Source of the DNA: Bugula neritina
Lineage: Eukaryota; Animalia; Bryozoa
DNA: 64,000 nucleotides
Assembly (NCBI GenBank): GCA_964035545.1
Contig: OZ037765.1
Location: 33,851,504 to 33,915,503 of the forward strand
Reading direction: 5' to 3'
Position 1 is the first letter of the stretch, and every line of letters starts with the position of its first letter. Shown here piece by piece: positions 56,301 through 64,000 of the stretch. A program made the position numbers and the translations under genes. Below the pieces are notes generated by a model. It worked only from the letters and a program-made list of their open reading frames with translations. It was not told the origin of the DNA and made no database searches.

Positions 56301-58063
56301 AGCCCCCCAAGCCACCAGCACCTCAGGCGCCCCCACCAGTAAGACCACCCCCCGCCATACCAGAGAGGTTAGACCCACCTACCCTGGAAGTAGGAGAGAG
56401 TAGAGCCACCAACCCTGGGGGACAGGCCACTTTGCCAGACACAGAAGGCCTAAGGCGTAGCCAGAGGACTCGAAGACCTCCTGGGTACTTAGGGGAATAT
56501 TACTGTGGCCAGATAGGGAAAGGATACCCTAGCTCGGAGGACGAAAGGCCCCCCTTGTATTACAACTATTCACCACCCAACCACACCACCAGGGAGGCTC
56601 GATATCGGCAGGGGATCACTTCGATGTTCCTCACCCAGATCGGACAAAAACCCGATCCCGAAGTTGGAAAAACCCAGGCGAGGGACTCTCGCGATAAACC
56701 ACGAACGCATACTTCGTTCATTCCAATCGCAGCAAGCACACACGCCACACGGAATTTAATCTCTCGCCATCTAACAAATATGGATATTACACCCACTCAC
56801 CTGAATGTTGAAGAAGAGTCCAGCGCATACCCTGGTAAGTCCACTAGACTAGAATTACCTCCTATACCGGAGAATTGTCTAGGTGGTGACGACCGTAGAA
56901 ACTCGAACTCTGATTCCCAGAGTAAGTTCGAGATGTGGAGAACTCACACTTGGAACTCTGAAGGGTCAGACTCAGAGTCACCCAACAGAGATTACCTACT
57001 TGACCAGGACATCCAGAGTGTCACTCTACCCCCACCTCGGCAGCTCGCAGTATCGCGACGAGTGCCATATAAGGATATCACTAATAATAGAGTGAGTCAG
57101 CCATCACGAGTTGGAGATATCGGTCAGACTCGACCAGCTCAACTCTCTATTTCTGTTGTAGACACCGACAAAGTCGTAGAGCCTGCCTCTACGACTCTCA
57201 CCTCATTCGGAAGATCCTCCGAAATCGCGACACCCCAGGAACAAGTAATGGAGGGAGATACAGAGACCCCTGCCACTGTCGTCGATATTGGACTAGATGA
57301 AGGGGAGGAACAGTCTATCCTGTCCTCATCTGAGACTACAGACCCCCCTCAAGGACTAGGAGGAGCTGGAGAGCTAGGATTACCACGCGTTTTCAGCACC
57401 CGGTCTCACTGGACCAGCACCAAGACGCGGATCCTGATAGCTGAGGCCTGCGGGGAGCCTAGCAACACCAAGTGCCCCACCTGTGGGCGGAGCTTTACCT
57501 CACACAGGCGACTACGGATACACGTCCAACAACATTACGTTAACTCATTCTGTCCGTGTGGGGAGTTTAGCTTTCAGCGTGACTACGTGCTCAAGCATCA
57601 ACGTATCGGCCGCTGCCACACGGGCAGAATTTTTGATGTAGATGCGGACAATTACCTAGAATTTAGGGACCTGATTCTCCCCCACATCAGCGATCCCAAG
57701 AAGAGGGAGCTGTTGTCCCAAGGGTTCCCGGCCTGTCGACCCACTAGTCAGACGCAACCGCAAGAAGACCCCCCAAGTTGTGAGTTGCCACCCACCCAGC
57801 CTCTCCGGGTAGTGGTAACTCGAGCCGAAGCTACTACAGAAGGAGACCGCTGGACGCCACGAGAAACGGCCCGAACTAGAAGAGAACGGCGTAGACAGGG
57901 CGCACCGAGGCCGCGTAGTACCACTCCCTATACTACTAGGCACACACACCGTGGGCCACCGGAGAGTCTGGAGGATGTATATCGTGGCCTGGACAGGATC
58001 TCTGAGGAACTAGGACGCATACGACGCAGACTGCAGGACCTGGAGCAGCCCGCTCGACCCTAA
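53216..58063 (+). CDS. pol: Gypsy pol (RT-RNaseH-integrase) with long C-terminal extension bearing C2H2-type fingers
   Basis: YLDD, DTDAS, HHCC and DDE integrase core, GPY motif, later CPTC...H...H. Confidence 0.92.
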   Translation: MLGPHSMRRRRHRVAPLESGMGPVPEHVAELYKGACGGCGSNVERQRMAQLLREYHDVFSQGDEDMGLTNVVRHEIPLVTGTAPIRQPTRRLGPEKEREVSRQVQDLLDRDLIEPAHGAWSSPVVLVKKKDGSWRFCVDYRKLNSVTIQDAYPLPRIDESLDALAGSRYFSTLDLLSGYWQVPLSPDAQDKAAFITRDGLWRWKVLPFGLTSAPATFQRLMEQVLSGLHWKTLLVYLDDVIVISPDFSTHVSRLREVFDRLRAAGLKLKPSKCALLQQEVKYLRHVVSRDGVATDPEKVRAVQDWTVPQDIHELRAFLGLVGYYRQYIPEFAGMAQPLNRLTAKGVWWRWTQEEQQAFDHLKARLVEAPILAYPDPTKQYILDTDASDHSMGAVLSQVQGGTEVVVAYYSKALSSAERNYCTTRKELLAVVKAVKHFRPYLYGRTFRLRTDHASLIWLCKRAEPSSQVARWLETLAEFSYRIEHRTGRKHGNADGLSRRPERDCKQCLHIEKRDGGPARSEVETQLKKTEAYRWEQGRLQSDVHSDAVQALRVNPTLARNVQDLCRLQETLPGVVGKIFRAKKEGRRPGEEEQRQKGVEFQQFCHRWDSLKFNSDGLLTISLAADRQHQERERVVCPHPLRRELIWETHKQAHAGTSRVIRCLQMRWYWSGMTRDVRLQIRQCEICQASKHGRSTETTGRRRLYAGRPWQTVAVDLVGPMPTSARGNNWILVLTDHFTRWADALAIPDASAPTVARDQHVFCYFGLPEQIHTDQGAQFQSQLMRDLCRVWGVNQSRTTPYHPQGNGVVERNNRMLGDALRSLLLGKSQEEWDAVLPQIMRAYRSTPHSSTQETPNFLMLGRETRVPDHLTYHVPLPEGPVHEYVRELVDRMRTAHEVLREKQWQVRGEDSDEPPLYQAGDWVWMISYRRKRGQSAKLQPKFVGPYCIIEVLPNHTYRVERSGQISVQSEKRLKPYWASPGAVGQAPPLLEPARRPTGGGRAPPTREWELPYNIPERDPEAQEQPPTVQEPPKPPAPQAPPPVRPPPAIPERLDPPTLEVGESRATNPGGQATLPDTEGLRRSQRTRRPPGYLGEYYCGQIGKGYPSSEDERPPLYYNYSPPNHTTREARYRQGITSMFLTQIGQKPDPEVGKTQARDSRDKPRTHTSFIPIAASTHATRNLISRHLTNMDITPTHLNVEEESSAYPGKSTRLELPPIPENCLGGDDRRNSNSDSQSKFEMWRTHTWNSEGSDSESPNRDYLLDQDIQSVTLPPPRQLAVSRRVPYKDITNNRVSQPSRVGDIGQTRPAQLSISVVDTDKVVEPASTTLTSFGRSSEIATPQEQVMEGDTETPATVVDIGLDEGEEQSILSSSETTDPPQGLGGAGELGLPRVFSTRSHWTSTKTRILIAEACGEPSNTKCPTCGRSFTSHRRLRIHVQQHYVNSFCPCGEFSFQRDYVLKHQRIGRCHTGRIFDVDADNYLEFRDLILPHISDPKKRELLSQGFPACRPTSQTQPQEDPPSCELPPTQPLRVVVTRAEATTEGDRWTPRETARTRRERRRQGAPRPRSTTPYTTRHTHRGPPESLEDVYRGLDRISEELGRIRRRLQDLEQPARP

Positions 58064-58081
58064 TGGTGGCGCTTCTCTTTA

Positions 58082-59907
58082 TGTTTGTTTGTTTGTTTGT
58101 TTGGTTTATTTCATCAAAGGTATTTAATAACACAAGGACATTAGAAAATGCCAAGGAGGCGATGATGAGGCCCATTGCGCTATAGCCTAGCTAGTCATGC
58201 GCGGGCCAACACGAGCTGACAGCGACTCTATCCAGAAAAATACAAAAAAAATACAACTATTCTAACAGATAAAGCCTCAACTTCCTCCCAAATTCATTAG
58301 GGTTGCTAATTGACCGTAAAGGGATTGGCAGTTCATTCCATAGTGCCACCTCCTGATAACAGTTTCTTCTGTGACCTGCTGCTGTTTGAGAGTGAGGAAG
58401 GGGGAGATTTATGAATGATTGACGTGTATTGATAGAGTGAGTGGGAAAAAAATTGTCAGAGTAGAAAAAAGAATGAGCTTTCTTTAACACTTTAAAACGG
58501 TAAATCTGGTATATTGAGAGAACTTTATGCTTAGTAAATAGAGGCGCTGATGGATGGTCAAACGGTTTTTTGTTCATGATACGCATTACCTTTTTTTGAA
58601 AAATAAAAATCTTGTTTAGATGGGTATTAGCTGCATTTCCCCAGGCCTCTGCACAATAATTTAACTTGGAATTGATGAAAGAATTATATATCAAAAGTAA
58701 AATTTTTTGAGGGAGATATTCAGAACATCGGTATATTAATCCACTAAGTGGTCGTAATTTTGTAAGTAGGTTTGAGATGTGCAAGCTCCAATTTAAATTT
58801 TTATCTATTTGTACACCTAGAAAAGTTATGCTGTTAGAGTAATTTATAGGTCTTTTATTTAATAATATACAGTTTTCTAGAATTTGAAAAGGATTTTGGT
58901 AGTTTTTTAAAACAATATAGTTGCATTTTTCATAGTTTATAGTGAGTTTGTTTTTATTGCACCAAATTGACAGAGAGTTTAGATCTTGATTTATAGCTTC
59001 CAAATGGGAGTTCAAATCTTTTGATTCAAAAAATAAATTAGTGTCGTCGGCATAGAAAATGGGATTAAAAAGTTTAAATTGTTGAGCAAGATCGTTTATA
59101 TATATCAAAAATAAGGTAGGGCCCAAGACAGATCCCTGGGGAACCCCACAGGTCACTGATCGTGAACTTGATAAGGTTGCATTTACTAGTGTGGAATGAC
59201 TTCGGTTTGATAGGTAGTTAGCAACCCATGACACTGTGGATTCACTAAAACCAAGTTTTCTCATTTTTGCAAGTAAAATATTGTGATTTATAGTGTCAAA
59301 AGCCTTACTAAAATCTATAAAAATTCCGAGAACGCAATTTCCATTGTTAAAAGCTTCGAGCGTATTATTTTTAAATTTAACAACAGCATCTGCAGTACTT
59401 AAATTTTTTCGAAAGCCATATTGATTCTTAGAAATCAAATTTTTAGATTCTAAAAAGTTTAAAATTTGATTGTTAACAATTTTTTCAAGTATTTTACTAA
59501 AAATGGGGAGGATTGAAATAGGGCGGTAGTTTTCACATCTGTCATGAGAACCTTTTTTGTAGAATGGTAATATTTTAGCAGTTTTAATTTGCGCTGGAAC
59601 AATTTTTTCTTCTATGCTTTTGTTAAATAAATAGGCAAGTGGTGTAGATAGTGAAATTTTGCAAAATTTGATAAGTTTAGTCGGGATATTGTCTAAACCT
59701 ATAGCTTTCTTGGAATCTAGTTTTTCAATGATCTCAATTATTTGAGATTCATCAGTTTTTTTTAAATGAAATTCTTCTTTAGTAATATTTGTCAGCATTG
59801 AGTAGGTATCGGAGTTCGAATTTGTAAAATTTGAAGCTAGTTTTTGGGCTATTGTTGAAAAATACAGATTGAAATTGTTAGCTATATCCATATTGCTATC
59901 TAGCATG
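58082..59907 (-). mobile_element. 5'-truncated LINE (RT only) nested in the Gypsy 3' UTR
   Basis: ORF 58257..59951 with GVPQGSVLGP and YADD; (aaac)n tail at ~58082-58102; sharp switch to AT-rich composition. Confidence 0.88.
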
Positions 59908-60868
59908 TAAATATATATTCTTGTGTGTATTAATTCATTATCCCTTAACATTTTCTATCTTATATATTTTTGTTTGTGTGACTAGATTAGCCATTCCAGA
60001 ACTCCCTTACATGTATTTTCTTTTATTTTCTTCCTTTTTTTTATTATTATATATTTTTTTTAATTATATCAGGAAGGGGTTGTACTTTCTGATGGAGGGG
60101 AGTGTGTGGTAAAATTGTGTATAGTAACTAATGCTTGTATTCCCCTTACTATTATTATCTTCATTCCCATGGAATGCGTGTTTTCTTAGATATACATCAT
60201 TACTTAGCTATAGTATTGTAACAGCTAAGTGTTATGTTGGCAATGATAGGATTAGCTATTATTCCCAGCTACTTATTACTACTAACGTGACTGGATTAGC
60301 TATTGTTTCTGACGGCTCACAGGAACACTTATATAATCAAGATAACCGGGATTTCCCTGCGAAGTTCGCTCGATTCGAGCGATTCCTTTATTCTAGCCTT
60401 GCGAATCCCCTGCGATTCGAGCGAATTCCCTCGAATTCGCTCGGAACATTCTGGGGGAATGTTTCCCAAAGTATAAAAAGAAGCCCTCAACACAGTAGAG
60501 TCAGTCTTCAGCCAGCAGCACAACAGGACACATCTCGGAGCTACCAAGCCAGGACAATAACACACGTAGTTAATTATCTTATACTTTGTTTACCGGTTTA
60601 CTAGTAAGTTTTCCATACATGTAAGGAGTTGTCCTCCTTAACTGCTATTTTTGGATTTACATATATTATGGAGTAAATAAAGGGGATTGTGAGTATTACA
60701 TTTCTTATTTATTGTGCATAAATACCCTCTTACAAAGAGTCACTGTGTTCCATCAGCTAACAACCCACACCAATAATTGCATGCAGCGAATCATAACATT
60801 CTACGCATAAAATTATTACACTTGGATAGAACCCATGACTTCGATTTCACTAATTGAACGCTCTAACC

Positions 60869-63545
60869 CAGTGGTTCCCAACCTGAAGGGAATTACCCCC
60901 TAGAGGGGAATTTGGATATTTTAGGAGGGAATTTGGATTTTGAAGAATTCACGCACTTTGTTGAAGGCTTTTTGAGCTCTTGCACATTACATAAGTATAT
61001 ATGCATATCTATAAATCTTCATCTTAGTTCATCTATTTAACCAAACCATATTTTGCAATCTCAGTTTACTTCTACATAAATGTGTTTATTAATTACTCTA
61101 CCTTAACTGTTCTCTGTGCTACTTCGGATGAAGGTCAAAGATATGCAAACACCAACAGGCCAACTTTTAGCAGCCAAGCAAATCAATCTCTATGAACTGT
61201 ATTCTACATACCTATTGAATATATTTGCTACACTAAATAATCTGAAGCTAAAAATGCAGGAGTGCAATTATCATATCATTGCTTTTCATAGCAGCAGCAA
61301 TGTTTTTTAAAGTTACACTAAAGCCTTGGCGTCTATTAAAAACATGGTGTTTTCCACACACTCAATGAACTTTTACAGGAGAAGAACTTGTTCCGATTTT
61401 AGGTAAAAATGGCACAGGTAAAAATGCACACTGGTGTTGGATTTTTCCAAACCCAAACCTCCGAACCCCCCATCCAGAATGCCTAACCCCAAACTCAAAT
61501 CTATAATGTTAATATTGAAAATGCGCCATTTATACTTAATTTTCTATTTGTGCCATTATTATCTGCGCCATTTTTTCCGGACACCAACTGTTCCAGATCG
61601 TTTTTCAAAAAAACTTCTAGGCATCTCTCTGAACTTTTAATCGACTTTTAACGGCATTTCTCTGAGCTACCTCTGACAAAGAAAGAGCCAGATTTTCAAC
61701 TTGACATGTGACCCATTGCAACGGTTTGTTAACAAGTTTTCAGAGGAATTACAGGAGGGTTTTATTGAGTTGGTTCACAATTCAGCAATGAAGGGTGATA
61801 GGAAATTTTCTCCAGTTGATGTATTGTGGGTTAGTGTCCAGTAGAAATGGTACAGGTAATAATGGCACAAATGGAAAAGTAAGAAAAAATGGCATATGTG
61901 ATGGCTCCCGTCAGTTTTGGTCTCTTGGCATCATTCGCTATTGTTAGTTATAAGGGGTTTTATCTATAGTTGTCATAAATAGGTCAGTTTTAGCTTTTAG
62001 TGTGTAATAGTCAATTAACATGTGCTCTTTCTAGCTGTCCAATCGGTTTTGTGATATCTGCTATGGTTTATGAATGATTGGTGTTTTAATGAGCCATTCC
62101 ATGGTTGGCAAGCTGGTCACGTGATTAGAACATAATAGCGCGAACTTTAATAATAGTTAAAATAGCGGCGTAGTGTAGAGCTCAACGTAATTAGGTATAA
62201 TTTGACTGAGAATTGTTACTAATAATAAACATGGCGACTGGATCGCGCTGCAAGTTAATAGATAACAGATATTGACAATTTAAAAGAATGTTTCTACATT
62301 GAAAATTAAGGACAAGGACTGAAGAGTAGTGGTGATAATAGTAATAATGAACTTAGTGACAACGGTGATACAAAAGAGTTAGATTTTATTATGAAACCAC
62401 GTGGCATTATAGTATTAATCTCTCAGGATAATCATCAAAATGTTCTCATTATAATATTGATTATACTGAACTCAACTTTGAAATATTGATTAAGATATTG
62501 CAGATATGAATTTTAAATTAATATTTTCATGATCAGCATAAAAAACCACCCCTAGTAACTAACTTTTGGGCTGATGAAGCTAATTGAAGACACTGTTGCT
62601 AGGTAGATAAACAACGAATTTAGTACAATTTTGAGTCGACGAACTTTGACTGTTAATTACTCGCAATAATAAAAGGCGTTTGTTGTGGACTGCTGTGTGT
62701 ATAACCTGGCATATTTCTGGTTCTATTTGACTGATTTTAAAAATTTAAAGTGCAATGTGATCACAAAGTCCTACTCTATTCATCCACATTAAAAAGTAAA
62801 AATCTTGGATGACCCCCAAGAGACCAAAAATGACAGCAGCCATCACATATGTTTTCAATTTTGGGGTGGGGTTTGGAGTTTGAAGGAAGGGTTTGAGGTG
62901 AGGATTTTGGGTTTGTACTTGGGGTTCTGGAGTTTGGGGTGGTGGTTTGAGTCAGGGGGTGGGTGTTCAAGAGTGGGGGGTTTACAGTGGAGGGTTTGGG
63001 GTTTGAGTTTGGAAAAGTTTAACATCAGTGTGCCATTTCTACCTAATTTTCCATTTGTGCCATTATTACCTGTGCCATTTTTACACGCACCAGTTTTACC
63101 TAAAATAATCGTGGGTTTCAACAAGCGAACTCTTCTCAGACGTAACTGACAAAACAGAGTTTTGGTGCCATTCAGCACCACCTATCCGTGTGAGGTAGGA
63201 TTCTCATCAATTCAAAGAGAAGAGAAACTGCCTTGACCTGCAGAGTGACCTAAGATGGGCCTGGTCAAAAACAGAGCCAGGCTTAAGCAAGTTAGCACAA
63301 AAGCATCAACTGCAGCCATAACATTAATAACTGAACTGCTCTGTGTTTCATAACATAAAATAAGGATAATAATGCTGTTATCATAATTATATTATATGCA
63401 AATATAATAGAACAAAATATATTGCATTGTATCATAAATTCTCATTCAGTAAGTCATAAAATCTTTTCGCTCTTCGAAAGGGGGAAAATTAATAGTAAAC
63501 ATTTATGAAAGGGGGGAATAGTATAAAAAAGGTTGGGAGCCACTG
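60869..63545 (+). mobile_element. hAT (Charlie/Buster-like) derivative, same family as 43755-45245, opposite orientation
   Basis: TIRs cagtggttcccaacc / ggttgggagccactg; perfect 8-bp TSD ctctaacc. Confidence 0.87.
61898..62846. mobile_element. Non-autonomous TIR element nested in the hAT copy
   Basis: ~32-bp imperfect TIRs gtgatggctcccgtcagttttggtctcttgg / ccaagagaccaaaaatgacagcagccatcac; atat on both sides; absent from the sister copy. Confidence 0.7.
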
Positions 63546-63744
63546 CTCTAACCCCTACAAGTAGCCTAGACTGTGGCTGCTCCCACCAATAAATTTCAAT
63601 AATATTACCATTAGTAAATCAAATGATTTACTAATGCTCCTAAACAAGATCGAAATGCAGTGCTATCACTATGTTTTGGTTAAATTAAAACTTTTTTACA
63701 TTGGCATTATCTTATGTGTAAAACTAGGTTTACTAAGAGTAAGT

Positions 63745-63948
63745 AACTAATACTAATACTAATACTAATAGTAATACTATGTATAACACCTCTACTTATA
63801 GTATTATTTATACTTGTGCTAATAGTAATACTCATAGTCATACTCATAGCCATATTCATACTGATACTGATACAGACAGTGATACTCATACTGAAACTGA
63901 AAGTGATACTCATACTGATACTCATACCGATACTCAGTCTCATACTGT
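63745..63948. repeat. Degenerate hexamer repeat (atactc/atacta)
   Basis: Visible 6-bp periodicity. Confidence 0.7.
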
Positions 63949-64000
63949 CACGGTCGCCAGTCGGTTTGTTTTTCAAAATAACATTTATTATTACCATTGT

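Larger units (their letters stand above)
50363..60820 (+). mobile_element. Ty3/Gypsy LTR retrotransposon (5' LTR ~50363-51057, truncated by ~21 bp; 3' LTR ~60105-60820)
   Basis: LTRs near-identical (about three mismatches seen), PBS tggtggcagcagtgggat at 51059, PPT ggaggggag at ~60094, domain order gag/pro/RT/RH/IN. Confidence 0.93.

Noticed and set aside
63707-63997. 96-aa Ser/Ile/Met-rich ORF
   Set aside because: Product of a degenerate hexamer repeat

Overview
AT-rich, intron-containing eukaryotic DNA, most likely from an invertebrate animal. The core is a tandem pair of minus-strand multi-exon genes: copy A (37..12005, running off the window start) and copy B (29926..47739, complete). 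Hand-splicing at GT/AG sites gives one open frame of about 1517 aa in B. Its domains are: N-terminal Pro/Thr octapeptide repeats, an LRR cap, five near-identical 144-bp LRR cassette exons, three more LRRs, a ROC GTPase, COR, an acidic linker, and a complete caspase (p20+p10; THG and ETCSG catalytic motifs). The LRR cassettes are symmetric phase-2 exons whose changes fall mostly on predicted concave-face residues. They are interleaved with a 30-bp minisatellite and are not 1:1 orthologous between the two copies, while the ROC-COR-caspase halves are almost identical. This looks like a diversifying LRR-sensor / GTPase-switch / caspase-effector receptor family. The rest of the window is nested transposons: a CACTA/CMC-like element containing a PHD-APE-RT LINE, two Gypsy elements (one internally deleted; one with a C2H2-finger pol extension, a nested LINE and an anomalous 228-bp flank duplication), a Gypsy relic, a solo LTR, hAT elements, Harbinger MITEs and minisatellites. 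All coordinates were read by eye and no database searches were run.
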